Origin: the human T2T-CHM13v2.0 reference genome, Homo sapiens
NCBI RefSeq assembly: GCF_009914755.1
Contig: NC_060938.1
DNA length: 64,000 nt
Strand: one strand, 5' to 3'
The notes under the pieces are model-generated. The model searched no databases. It was not told the DNA's origin and saw nothing but the letters and a program-made list of their open reading frames with translations. A program made the translations under genes and the position numbers. Below are positions 39,871 to 56,314 of this stretch, piece after piece (the stretch's first letter is position 1; every line of letters begins with the position of its first letter).

Positions 39871-40775
39871 GAGGAGGAGCCAAGATGGCCGAATAGGAAC
39901 AGCTCCGGTCTACAGCTCCCAGCGTGAGCGACGCAGAAGACGGGTGATTTCTGCATTTCCATCTGAGGTACCGGGTTCATCTCACTAGGGAGTGCCAGAC
40001 AGTGGGCGCAGGCCAGTGTGTGTGCGCACCGTGCGTGAGCCGAAGCAGGGCGAGGCATTGCCTCACCTGGGAAGCGCAAGGGGTCAGGGAGTTCCCTTTC
40101 CGAGTCAAAGAAAGGGGTGACGGACGCACCTGGAAAATCGGGTCACTCCCACCCGAATATTGCGCTTTTCAGACCGGCTTAAGAAACGGCGCACCACGAG
40201 ACTATATCCCACACCTGGCTCAGAGGGTCCTACGCCCACGGAATCTCGCTGATTGCTAGCACAGCAGTCTGAGATCAAACTGCAAGGTGGCAACGAGGCT
40301 GGGGGAGGGGCGCCCGCCATTGCCCAGGCTTGCTTAGGTAAACAAAGCAGCCGGGAAGCTCAAACTGGGTGGAGCCCACCACAGTTCAAGGAGGCCTGCC
40401 TGCCTCTGTAGGCTCCACCTCTGGGGGCAGGGCACAGACAAACAAAAAGACAGCAGTAACCTCTGCAGACTTAAGTGTCCCTGTCTGACAGCTTTGAAGA
40501 GAGCAGTGGTTCTCCCAGCACGCAGCTGGAGATCTGAGAACGGGCAGACTGCCTCCTCAAGTGGGTCCCTGACCCCTGACCCCTGAGCAGCCTAACTGGG
40601 AGGCACCCCCCAGCAGGGGCACACTGACACCTCACACGGCAGGGTATTCCAACAGACCTGCAGCTGAGGGTCCTGTCTGTTAGAAGGAAAACTAACAAAC
40701 AGAAAGGACATCTACACCGAAAACCCATCTGTACATCACCATCATCAAAGACCAAAAGTAGATAAAACCACAAAG
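39871..40775. promoter_or_regulatory. L1 5'UTR: CpG-rich internal sense promoter and antisense promoter
   Basis: YY1 site caagatggcc at 39881-39890; dense CpG; full ~905-bp length. Promoter activity is inferred from established L1 biology. Confidence 0.85.
40105..40320 (-). CDS. ORF0: L1 ORF0 (71 aa, primate-specific antisense ORF), intact
   Basis: MAGAPPPASLPPCSLISDCC...RCVRHPFL, expected length and position (~nt 450 to 235 of the L1); strong Kozak gcaATGG. Confidence 0.88.
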   Translation of the reverse strand: MAGAPPPASLPPCSLISDCCASNQRDSVGVGPSEPGVGYSLVVRRFLSRSEKRNIRVGVTRFSRCVRHPFL

Positions 40776-41792
40776 ATGGGGAAAAAACAGAACAGAAAAA
40801 CTGGAAACTCTAAAACGTAGAGCGCCTCTCCTCCTCCAAAGGAACGCAGTTCCTCACCAGCAACAGAACAAAGCTGGATGGAGAATGATTTTGACGAGCT
40901 GAGAGAAGAAGGCTTCAGACGATCAAATTACTCTGAGCTACGGGAGGACATTCAAACCAAAGGCAAAGAAGTTGAAAACTTTGAAAAAAATTTAGAAGAA
41001 TGTATAACTAGAATAACCAATACAGAGAAGTGCTTAAAGGAGCTGATGGAGCTGAAAACCAAGGCTCGAGAACTACGTGAAGAATGCAGAAGCCTCAGGA
41101 GCCGATGCGATCAACTGGAAGAAAGGGTATCAGCAATGGAAGATGAAATGAATGAAATGAAGTGAGAAGGGAAGTTTAGAGAAAAAAGAATAAAAAGAAA
41201 TGAGCAAAGCCTCCAAGAAATATGGGACTATGTGAAAAGACCAAATCTACGTCTGATTGGTGTACCTGAAAGTGATGTGGAGAATGGAACCAAGTTGGAA
41301 AACACTCTGCAGGATATTATCCAGGAGAACTTCCCCAATCTAGCAAGGCAGGCCAACGTTCAGATTCAGGAAATACAGAGAACGCCACAAAGATACTCCT
41401 CGAGAAGAGCAACTCCAAGACACATAATTGTCAGATTCACCAAAGTTGAAATGAAGGAAAAAATGTTAAGGGCAGCCAGAGAGAAAGGTCAGGTTACCCT
41501 CAAAGGAAAGCCCATCAGACTAACAGCGGATCTCTCGGCAGAAACCCTACAAGCCAGAAGAGAGTGGGGGCCAATATTCAACATTCTTAAAGAAAAGAAT
41601 ATTCAACCCAGAATTTCATATCCAGCCAAACTAAGCTTCATAAGTGAAGGAGAAATAAAATACTTTATAGACAAGCAAATGCTGAGAGATTTTGTCACCA
41701 CTAGGCCTGCCCTAAAAGAGCTCCTGAAGGAAGCGCTAAACATGGAAAGGAACAACCGGTACCAGCCGCTGCAAAATCATGCCAAAATGTAA
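40776..41792 (+). pseudogene. L1 ORF1p (338 codons) with two nonsense mutations
   Basis: ATG 40776 MGKKQNRKTGNSKT then TAG at 40818-40820 (Q15*); TGA at 41163-41165 (R130*); remainder in frame to ...QNHAKM*. Confidence 0.96.
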
Positions 41793-41831
41793 AGACCATC
41801 GAGACTAGGAAGAAACTGCATCAACTAATGA

Positions 41832-45682
<3,851 letters not shown>

Positions 45683-46521
45683 ACAATGAGATCACATGGA
45701 CACAGGAAGGGGAATATCACACTCTGGGGACTGTGGTGGGGTCGGGGGAGGGGGGAGGGATAGCATTGGGAGATATACCTAATGCTAGATGACACATTAG
45801 TGGGTGCAGCGCACCAGCATGGCACATGTATACATATGTAACTAACCTGCACAATGTGCACATGTACCCTAAAACTTAGAGTATAATAAAAAAAAAAAAA
45901 AATTCAAAAAAAAAAAAAAAAAAAGAAAAAACATTGACTCTAGTGAAGAAATATAAAATAATTTTCTTCACAGGGTAAAAGAGGCTCTGTGGAAAAATAT
46001 GGCCATTCTTCTATGAGGAAGGAAATTTAGTGTTAACTTCACACTTTGGAGCTTTTTTTGTGTTCTGAAACAGCATGTTTATCAAGAAAAAAATATGTGA
46101 TATGTTCAAAAGAATATTTGGATCGCTAACCTAATTTGAAAAATACTTTTTTTGTATCTTAGCTGTTGTCTTTAGAGAAAGTGTTTTTGTATTATTGTGT
46201 GGGTTTGTGTCTATACACAAATACATATTAGAGAAAATAACTGAAACTAAAAACAATGATAATTTCGCTAAAAAGCAATCCTTTAGGCTGGGAAAAAAAA
46301 ATCTGCTCTTTGGGACTCATTTTTCATTAAGAGCTTTCAGCACACTTCCTTTTCATGCTGGTTTTTTAGAAAAAAAAATTTATTTCAGGAGATCTGCCAG
46401 TTAAAGAAAATGGTGTCAATTATTTATTATAAAGTTATTTAGCAACTAGGACTGAAATAGTGAAAGCGATGTATGTTAAGGTATTATATTAACATTTATT
46501 TATGAGAAGGCAACATTCGAA

Positions 46522-47197
46522 TGTTACAGTAGGTAGCCAGTCAGACATAAACAGGGTAGGAGAGGTCATCTCATCCAAACCAGATATGTCAGGTGACCAT
46601 CAGGTGATCGTCAGGCAGTTGTTAACTGTCTCTCTAGAATAATAATTGGTCACAGCTTGCTCCAGGGAAAGGTGCAAGTCCAAGTCCACGAAAAAAACCT
46701 AAAGCGGGTGACCAGCAGCTTCCCAATAAGATCTCAGGAGTCTGGCAAGTGGGCTTACAGATGCGCACTAAAAGGCAAAATGACCCCTTAACTGGTATGT
46801 GACATTTGGCTGGTAAGGGAAGAGCGCCTCAAGTGAGCATGCCTACAACGCCAGTAAGCACACTGCGCATGCCCATCTTCCAAGTACTAGCAGGTGCTGC
46901 GCATGCGGACAGCGGATCGCAAGGGGAAAAGACCCCGGAAGTACGCCAAAGTATAAAACCTCAGGTTAAAAGGTCAAAACTAGTACTTGTCCTTCAAGTC
47001 GCCCACTTGGCCCTCTTCCAGGTGTAGTTTCCTTTCTTTCATTCATGCTGTAAAGCTTTTTAAATGAACTTTCACTCCTGCTCTAAAACTTGCCCCTATC
47101 TCTCCTTCTGCCTTAACGCCCCTCAGTCGAATTCTTTCTTTTGAGGAGGCAAGAATTGAGGTTGCTACAGACCGGTACAGACTCACTGCCGGTAACA
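46522..47197 (+). mobile_element. MER50-like ERV1 solo LTR
   Basis: tgttacagtaggtag...ggtaaca termini; gaccatcaggtgat; tataaaa box; ctcagtcgaattctttc...gaggaggcaagaattgagg. Confidence 0.85.
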
Positions 47198-48876
47198 CAA
47201 GCAGCCTAGAGGGAATGAGTCCCTTTTATTTACAGATTCTCCAGTAATGTTTTGGATGTAGTTTAGGAGCTCTTATCTTCAGGTACTTTTCAAATCTTAT
47301 TTCAGTTGCTGGTATAAAAAATAAGGTACCTTACAAATATTTTCCTGGCTTCTTCTAAGGGACTACCAAATAGGAAATGTTTGAATATTGCTTATCCTGA
47401 TGATTAAATCGCTTTCATAACATTGAAATAAACGCATTAAGGTAGTTATTTAAAAAGATAAATTTTATTTTAGAAATTTTTTTTTTCAAAAACCTGAAGC
47501 TCAAAAGGAAGACTCTTATTCTATCATTCTGTTTCTTGGTTTGCAACTATTTAAGTATAAGGAACTTGAGTCTAAATTCTTGTTTCAGTATGTATTAAAA
47601 AACTAACTAGGTAACAGTTTCTTCTCTGAAATCTGCAATGACAAGGCACAATTAGCATATTTGCAAAAACGACAAAATAATTCTGTCTTTAAACCATGGA
47701 GATAATCCCTAGTTGATATAAATACGTTGTTGCATTTTCAAAATTACCACCTTTGCATACACAGTTTTCTCATTCTGAAGCTAACAGGGGCTAAAACCAA
47801 ATCAGTTGCATAGTGATGTAAATAACTGTGACAATTAATTGCATAGAACATAAAAAATGAAATACACCATGAAATGTCTTTCCTTTTACATTTTATAGAT
47901 ACAGTCCAAAAGTTCTGTTTATAATTCTTTACTGTTTTACCTATCGCCTCATCTTTTTAGAATAGTGGCAAGACTTACTTGGTAGTAAATAGATATTTTC
48001 CTAATAAGAAGAACTATTTGGACTCCTTATTGTCTCCTATTAGTCCCTGTGTAAACTTAAAATTCAGACATAATTAAATTATTTCCTGTGCACCTCAGAG
48101 AAAATTCCACATGTTCCAAAGGAGCCATTATATACTTAGAACTTAAATAGGAATTAATGAAAATATTTGTGCCAACAGCTAACACCAGTCTGGCTCACAA
48201 ACTTTGGCATGAAAATGAAAATCCTGTAGTTTACTATCCACACCATTGTACATAATCTGATGAGCTTGCAATGTAAATATGCAATTTCTCAGTAAAAATG
48301 CAATGATAATGATGGACCACAAGAAAGTCAGGGAGAATTCCAGAGGCTCTCTGTCTCTTTCTTCTCTACGATTTCCTCTCAGTGGCTGTTGTTATCCAAA
48401 CCATGTGTACTGGTTCTTCAAGCCAATCAGACTACAAATCTTCTATTTTGGATATTTAGGCACTTCATGCAGTGCAGACTGGGAACTGCTGTTTGAATAT
48501 TTGTTGTCATATCCCCCACACTATTCTCATCCCCATGTAAATGCAAATGTTTAAAAATTGGTAGTATTTTTATTTATGTTTTTTTTTTGAGACATTCAGG
48601 TCAGCACTCAGAAAAATATGATGAAGGCAATATATGTTTTCTGACTCCTAATCACTACCCTTGATACTTTTCCTGCTCAATCTTCAGCTCCTCCTTCTAA
48701 TTTCAGAGGCCTTTCATGCTTGCTGGGCTCAGCTGCCCTAATAATATAATAATAAACTTAGTGTTATAGACATTGTATGATTCCCTCTCAAGCGATCTTA
48801 CATTTTAAAACAGCGCTATGAAAACAGGGCAATGCTTTATCAAAGGAAATAACTTGCTAGTGGTGAAATGATAAAT

Positions 48877-48918
48877 GTATTTGGTTGGGTCAGTCGAAGG
48901 TATTTGGTTGGGTCAGTC
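48877..48918. repeat. Perfect 19-bp direct repeat with 4-nt spacer
   Basis: gtatttggttgggtcagtc-gaag-gtatttggttgggtcagtc. Confidence 0.97.
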
Positions 48919-50814
48919 ACACCTTGATTAGTGACCCACATTCTGCTTGCTCTTAATGCTTTATGAAACTCTCATGGCTTCATTTATTTATTTATTTCTG
49001 AATATTCAAGTACAGCTTTAGAAATGATATAACACAGAGTATTTTAACATTTGCACATCAAAAGTAACTAAGTGACAAAACATAAATGAGGAACTATGTC
49101 TGCCTTTTTTGTACCCTTTTTGCAAAGATACTTTGACAGAATTTTTAAAGAATCACACAATGAAAAAGTACCCATTAGTGTAGCAGAAGTATGCAGGTTA
49201 GCTTTGTTAGATTGCCATGCTGTAATCTTTTGTGAGATATCAGAAATCTTAGTCGAACAGGAAAGGATGAAGCATAGAATTGCTATACATTTGAAATAGT
49301 CGTATTTTGATGGCCTGTTTTAGATATACTATTTTCCCACTCTTTTATCTGTCCCAGATTACCTTATGAATTTTCTTCTGGAGATATTCCTTTATGCTAG
49401 TGAGAAAGCTGTCACCAAATTTTCAGTTAATGAGGGTTGATATAGCCAAATTCCTTGCTGCTAGGATTTTACATGCCCGCCCTCTGCATTAGCATGAGCT
49501 TTTATTTTATTTTAAAGCACACTTTTTTTAGCGTGAGCGTAGTAATAGTCAAAGTCTTTAAATTTAGGTATAGGTCATATCAAATCCTTAAAAATCATTT
49601 TATAGAAACACAAATTCATTCTTAATAACGTGTTCCCTTTTTTCCTTTTCTTTTTCCTTTTATTCTTGTCTGTTTCCATGATGCCAGGATGTTAGTTAAC
49701 TGATGCCTACTGAATTAAATTGAGGATCAGCCATTACATGATTATCATCTAATTCCTTGTTTTTAAATTGTATCCATTAATGAAACCCTGTTTGCAGATA
49801 AAAACATATAAATGTACTCAATGTATCAACTGGATAAAAGTGAGTCTAATTTTATTGAATAAAGTTCAAATTTGATATTTATTTACTAAGAGGACAGTAA
49901 AGCACTATGAAGCAGTTAGACTAGCATGAAATTTGCTATGGTGATTTCAGATGAAAGAGCAATATTGTCTGTCTCATTATCTAATTCATTGCTACATTTC
50001 TTTTTGTTGCTGTCACAAAATAGGGAGGTAATCTTTATACAAATAAGTGCTTATAAATAATTAGAGATTTTTAGGTATGGTATTTGGTCAATACTCTTCT
50101 AATAAACTGATCTGAAGTTTCTAAAATGAACACTAGGATATTTTTATTTTTTAGATGAATTACAAAACATTATCTTAATGTGTGTTAAATTTACAGGGAA
50201 CCAGTGATTGTATTTAATTCACAATTTCTTAAACATTGAATACAAAATACCTATATGTTTCATAATATCTTAGATGTTCAAATATGTTTTTAAAATAATT
50301 TTAGCTATTTTTTGACAGAAACTCAAAATCTCTAAAGATTACAGTAAAGTTTTTCCAGTCACAGCTGAATTAAAATTTTAATGCACTACTATCTTATATC
50401 TACATTTTTAAAGAGGAAACAGTAACCTTGCATTTTCAAATTGATTTCAGAATGCTTTAAAAAATCTCTAATATATCAGGATTATACAATGATCATAAAT
50501 TAGAGATATAATTTATGAAATATTTGCAAAAGCAATGTCAATCCAGCGAATAAACATAAGCACAAAAATGAAAATCCTAGAATTCACTAACCACATTGTT
50601 GTGCATTATCTGTTGTCTACAATTTAAATATTTTGTCCCAGTAAAAATGACTATATGGCATTATTCAATATTTAAAAAATAATACTGGCATATTTTCATT
50701 GGCAGTACTTGTCAGAGAGGCATATTTTGATACTAGAAAGTCTTATAACAGCTTTAATATGAGCCACAAACTACATCATTGCTTTTCATGCCATTGTTTC
50801 CTGTGCCATCACTG

Positions 50815-51050
50815 TATACTTACACTGCCTAATATAGTAGCCACAGGATACATGTGGCTATTGAACATTTGAATGTGGCTAGTCTGAAGTAAGAGATGCT
50901 ACAAGTGTAAAATATACCGTTTTTATAACAGAATGAGAAAAGAATGTAAACCATTCATTTTTGTATTGATTACATTTTAAATATTCTCAATATTTTGGGG
51001 TAAACTATATTATTATATTTTATTATGTCTGTTTGTTTCTATGTTGTTAT
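50815..51050. mobile_element. MER3/MER33-like hAT DNA transposon
   Basis: aatatagtagccac...catgtggctattgaacatttgaatgtggctagt. Confidence 0.75.
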
Positions 51051-51227
51051 TGGGAGTACTTACATTTTTGAAGTCCTATGCAACTATTATTCTCATAAAA
51101 GGGAAATTGCAGTGGAAAATAATTTGAATTCCAATTCCTTCAAGTGTGAAGCATGTTATCTTAACTTGCATATTGTTCTAAATATTGTTCAAAACAGTTA
51201 AACTTTCATTAAAAATACTGTGATTTG

Positions 51228-51559
51228 GGCCAGGCGTGGAGTCTCATGCCTGTAATCCTAGCACTTTGGGAGGCCGAGGCAGGCTGATTACCTGAGGTCA
51301 AGAGTTCAAGACCAGCCTGGCCAACATGGTGAAACGCCGTCTCTACTAAAAATACAAAAAACTTAGCCGGGTGCAGTGGTGCACACCTGTAATCCCAGCT
51401 ACTCAGGAGGCTGAGGCAGGAGAATTGCTTGAACCCAGGAGGCAGAGGTTGCAGTGAGCCAAGATCATGCCACTGCACTCCAGCCTGGGCTACAGAGAAA
51501 GACTGCGTCTCAAAAAAACAAAAACAAAAACAAAAACAAAAACAAAACAAACAAAAAAA
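51228..51559 (+). mobile_element. AluS with (AAAAAC)n tail
   Basis: Full Alu; imperfect TSD ending gtgatttg on both sides. Confidence 0.96.
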
Positions 51560-51619
51560 CCCGTGATTTGTTGCATCCTTTTCAGCCTAATCAAAGTTCC
51601 ATTTCTTTTTGTTACTATC

Positions 51620-51940
51620 AATATATTACTTCAGTTTTTAGAATTTTCATTAAGATGTATCTTGGCATTGATTTCTCCTGGTTTACCTTGCTTGGGATTT
51701 GCTCACCTTTTTGAATCTATAGGTTTGTCTTTTATCCAACTTAAGAAAATTTCAGCAACTCTTTCTTTTAGCACTTTTTTCAGCCCTGACCTCTTTCTCC
51801 TCTCCTTTTGAATGTCAGTAACTTGAATGTTAGATCTTTATCAGAGTCCTTGAGTCATTCTTGTTCAGTCTGTTTTCTCTCTTATTCAGATTTGGTGATA
51901 CCTATTGTTCTGTCTTCAAAGTCATGATTCTTTCTTTCTT
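51620..51940 (-). mobile_element. Old L1M fragment, antisense
   Basis: tttaccttgcttgggatttgc...gaaaatttcagc...gaatgttagatctt. Confidence 0.6.
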
Positions 51941-51956
51941 TTTAATGTTATGTAAC

Positions 51957-52090
<134 letters not shown>

Positions 52091-54026
52091 TAGTTTATGG
52101 CTATCAGACAACCACCTACTTAGATACCAGGCACTTCTATTTCAGGGACTGGTGCTTCAAATACACACGTGTGCGACCCTCAACCCTGCCGCTTTTCTCC
52201 CAGAGGATGGGGAACCAATCGAGCCTGACTGCCAACAAATTATAGTCCAGACTTACGCCACCTTAGAGGATCTCTTAGAAGTGCCCTTAGTTAATCCTGA
52301 CCTTAACCTATACACTGATGAAAGTTCATTTGTGGAGAATGGGATGCAAAGGGCAAGTTATGCCACAGTAACAGTACTTGAAAGTAAGCCTCTTCCCCCA
52401 GGGACCAGCGCCCAGTTAGCAGAACTAGTGGCACTTACCCGAGCCTTAGAACTGGGAAAGGGAAAAAGAATAAATGTGTATACAGATAGCAAGTATGCTT
52501 ATTTAATCCTACATGCCCATGCTGCAATATGGAAAGAAAGGGAGTTCCTAACCTCTGGGGAACCCCATTAAATACCACAAGGAAATTATGGAGTTATTGC
52601 ATGCAGTGCAAAAACCCAAGGAGGTGGCAGTCTTATACTGCCAAAGCCATCAGAAAGGTGAAGGAGAAAAGGCAGAAGGAAACTGTCGGGCAGATGCTGA
52701 GGCCAAAATTGCTGCCAGGAGGAACTTCCCATTAGAAATACCTACGGAAGGACCCTTGGTATGGAACAACCCCTTCCAAGAGATTAAGCCCCAGTATTCC
52801 CCGACTGAAACAGAATGGGGAATTTCACAGGGGCATAGTTTTCTCCCCTCGGGGTGGTTAATGACAGAAGAAGGAAAGGTACTTATACCTGAGGCCAGCC
52901 AGTGGAAAATACTTAAAACCCTCCATTATACTTTTCATATGGGTATTGAAAACACTCATCAAATGGCCAAATCCTTACTTACAGGGCCACATTTCCTCTG
53001 GATCATCCGACAGGTAATCAAAGCCTGTGAGGTGTGCCAAAGGAATAATCTCTTGGTCCTTCATAAGCCCCTTTGGGGGAACAAAGAATAGGTCACTATC
53101 CTGGAGAGGACAGGCAGTTAGACTTCACCCATATGCCTAAGTCAAAGGGATTTCAATACTTGTTGGTCTGTGTTGATACCTTTACAAATTGGATCGAAGC
53201 TTTCCCCTGCAAGACTGAGAATGCTCAGAAGTGATTAAATGTGACCCTAATTCATGAAATAATTCCTAGATTTGGGCTTCCGCAAAGCTTACAGAGTGAC
53301 AATGATCTGGCTTTTAAAGCCATGATAACTCACGGAATTTCCAGGGTGCTAGGGATACAACATCACCTCACTGAGCCTGGAGGCCACATTTCTCAGGGAA
53401 GATCTGGAAGGCAAATGAAACACTCAAGAGGCACTTAAGGAAACAAACACAAGAAACTCATCTCCCATGGCCTACTCTTTTGCCCATGGCCTTATTGAGA
53501 ATCCGAAATTCTCCTCACAAAATGGGGCTCAGTCCATATGAAATGCTGTATGGATGACCTTTTCTCACAAATGACCTCCCACTTGATCAGGAAACGGCCA
53601 ACTTGGTCAAAGGTATAACTTTTTTGGCAAAATATCAACAAAACCTTAAAAACCTACCTGAAGGATGTGACAGAGAAAAGGGAACAGAGTTGTTTCAACC
53701 AGGAGATCTAGTGTTGGTCAAATCTCTCCCCTCTATCTCCCCATCTATCGACTCTGTGGGAAGGACCATACTCAGTAATCCTCTCTACCCCCACTGCAGT
53801 TAAGGTGGCAGGAGTGGAATCTTGGATTCACCACACCAGAGTTAAATTTTGGACACCCCCTGAGGAACCTGTGGGACCATCAGCTCAGGAGTCCCAAGAT
53901 CAGCCAGACCAGCCTCGATACACCTGCGAACAGTTGGAAGACTTGCATCTCCTATGTGGGAAGGAAACATCCCAGATTAAAAAGGCTCCTACCACTGATC
54001 CTGAAGAAAAACCCCTTCCTCCTTAA
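52091..54026 (+). pseudogene. HERV9 pol 3' part (RNase H plus integrase), multiple frameshifts and stops
   Basis: Fragment ORFs 52086-52571, 52588-53091, 53241-53438, 53603-53803 and 53805-54026 tile the domain order. Confidence 0.9.
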
Positions 54027-54254
54027 AAAAGATAAGTGAAAACCACATAATCTTTAACACCTCTCCTTACCCCTTTAATGGAATCATTTTACTATTTCAT
54101 CATATTATTAAGCAGCATACTAACCATACTCTTTGTGATAGGGCTATAAACTGTAGCTCCTGCTGGGTCGAACATCCTAATCACATCAGCCTTCTTTCTG
54201 TCTTCCTTCCTTCTGACAGCAATTTACTCCTACCTTTAACTCAGCCTGGATAAA

Positions 54255-55416
54255 ATGATCTCGTGTTCCAGAGCACCTCTTTACCTTCCTATTTACTCTT
54301 TGCCTATCTATCCCTCCTGCTTCCTTGGATACGTCATACAATCACCTATCCCCTTCCACTAGCTCCTAATTACCTCTACAAGACTCTCAACTTAACCCAC
54401 TCTCTGTTAAACCAGTCCAATCCTTCCCTGGCAAATAACTGTTGGCTTTGTATCTCTCTATCAACCTCGGCTTACGTTGCCACTCCCATTCCCGCAAAAA
54501 ATTGGGTCTTTACCGACTTAACCTACCACCCTCATTATGAAGGAAAAGCCCCTTTCTGACTTCTAAATATGCAATCATTAGCCGACTTCCCCATCTCTGA
54601 TAGGACCAAGAATACCCTAACAGGACGAGGACGTGCAATCCAACTTTCACGTTCTTACATTTCCAACCTCACCTATTACACAAGCAATGAAAAGCCCATA
54701 CACGGTCCTGTAACTACGAATATCATCTTAACTTTCCCAGCCCCTTTATGCATTCATCGCAGCCTGTTATCAGGCCTGCTTCTGGGCCACCTACTACCAC
54801 ATCAGTATAATTATACCCTACAACTTCAAGCCCCAACTGATCATAGTAACTTCCGAGTCACACAAGTAGCTCCATTCAGACGGCTTCTCAGGGCCCCTCA
54901 AAATCATCACCTCCTCCCTGCTTAACAAACAGTCCAAGTTTTGTAATGGCAAACATACTCCCTGCATGACCATTGACCCCTGTATTCCCTGCATGAACCC
55001 CCACCACTAGTGAATGCCTTCTCATCCCTATTTCAATCACTCTCTCGAATGGTTCCTAGTAGATACAAAATGATTTTTTCTCCAGTGGGAAAATAGAACA
55101 CGGGGAGCCACTCAGTTTGCTTCCAACACTCCTTTCCAGCCACTCACTGGAGCTACCTTGGCAAGTACTCTAGGAGTATGGGAAAATGAAAAGAACAAAC
55201 TCTTACACCAAACTCTGGAGTTGGGCAACATGGCTTCTCCCCTTTCTAGGTCCCGTGGCAGCCATCTTGCTATTACTCACCTTCAGGCACTGTATTTTTA
55301 ACCTCCTTGTTAAATTTGTTCCCTCTAGAATCGAGGCCGTCAAGCTACAGATGGTCTTACAAGTAGAACACCAAATGCGCTCAACTAACAACTTCTACCA
55401 TGGTCCCCTGGACTGA
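54255..55416 (+). pseudogene. HERV9 env remnant, internally deleted
   Basis: SU N-terminus NQSNPSLANNCWLC; C-terminus WSWATWLLPFLGP...RIEAVKLQMVLQ; stops and frameshifts between. Confidence 0.85.
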
Positions 55417-55566
55417 CCCGCTGGCCCTTTCACTGGCCTAAAGAGTTCCCCTCTGGAGGACACTACAACTGCAGGGCCCCTTCTTCACCCCATCCAGTGG
55501 AAGTAGCTAGAGTGGTAATCACCCAGTTACTAACAGCACTTGGGGTGTCCTGTTTAGAGGGGGGAT

Positions 55567-56188
55567 TGAGAGGTGAAGCCAGCTGGACTTCCTGGGTCAA
55601 GTGGGAACTTGGAGAACTTTTCTGTCTAGCTAAATGTTTGTAAATGCACCAATCAGCACTCTGTAAAATGGTTCAATCAGTGCTCTGTAAAATGGACCAA
55701 TCAGCAGGACATGGGTGGGGCCAAATAAGGGAATAAAAGCTGGCCATCCCAGCCAACAGCGCAACCCACTCGGGTCCCTTTCCATGCTGTGGAAGCTTTG
55801 TTCTTTTGCTTTTCATGATAAATCTTGCAGCTGCTCACTCTTTGGGTCCGCACTACCTTTATGAGCTGTCACACTCACTGCAAAGGTCTGCAGCTTCACT
55901 CCTGAAGTCAGTGAGACCACGAACCCACCAGGAGGAACAAACAACTGTGGATGCGCCACCTTTAAGAGCTGTAACACTCACTGGGAAGGTCTGCGGCTTC
56001 ACTCCTGAAGTCAACCAAGACCACAAACCAACCGGAAGGAATAAACTCCGGACACATAAGAACATCTGAAGGACAAACTCCAGACACTCCATCTTTAAGA
56101 ACTGTAACACTCACTGCAAGGGTCTGCAGCTTCATTCTTGAAGTCAGCGAGACCAAGAACTCACTGGAAGGAACCAATTCCAGACACA
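55567..56188 (+). mobile_element. LTR12, 3' LTR of the HERV9 provirus
   Basis: tgagaggtgaagccagctgg...ccagacaca; ccaatcag repeats; gggaataaaagc TATA-like box; three tandem U5 units (acactcactg..aggtctgc.gcttca). Confidence 0.95.
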
Positions 56189-56314
56189 TAATCACATATA
56201 AAGTAACAGTTTTCAGTTTTGTATTACTATTGTATGCTGTTTTTAATTTTGTTTCAGTGTATGTGTCCTTATATTTAAGTCTCTGGAAGGCCATATAACA
56301 TTTTTGTATCTTCC

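Larger units (their letters stand above)
52091..55566 (+). mobile_element. HERV9 internal region, 5'-deleted: pol (RNase H, integrase) and env remnants
   Basis: RNase H motifs LYTDESS, SAQLAELVALTRAL, VYTDSKY; integrase HHCC (LHYTFH...CEVC); env CWLC and TM WLLPFLGP; polypurine tract before LTR12. Confidence 0.93.

Noticed and set aside
45885-45923. Interrupted polyA tail as a 3' transduction
   Set aside because: Only ttc separates the A runs; no transduced unique sequence
51209-51550. Alu-derived ORFs (also 3288-3560, 22985-23275, 26751-27023, 31183-31398, 56885-57319, 60258-60464)
   Set aside because: Typical antisense-Alu translations (e.g. [19 protein letters not shown]); not evidence of genes
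54263-55416. Domesticated syncytin-like env
   Set aside because: Fragmented by stops and frameshifts and lacks the fusion and immunosuppressive regions
55860-56165. Spaced repeats resembling a CRISPR-like array
   Set aside because: These are the normal tandem U5 units of LTR12 in a eukaryotic genome; no unique spacers or cas genes
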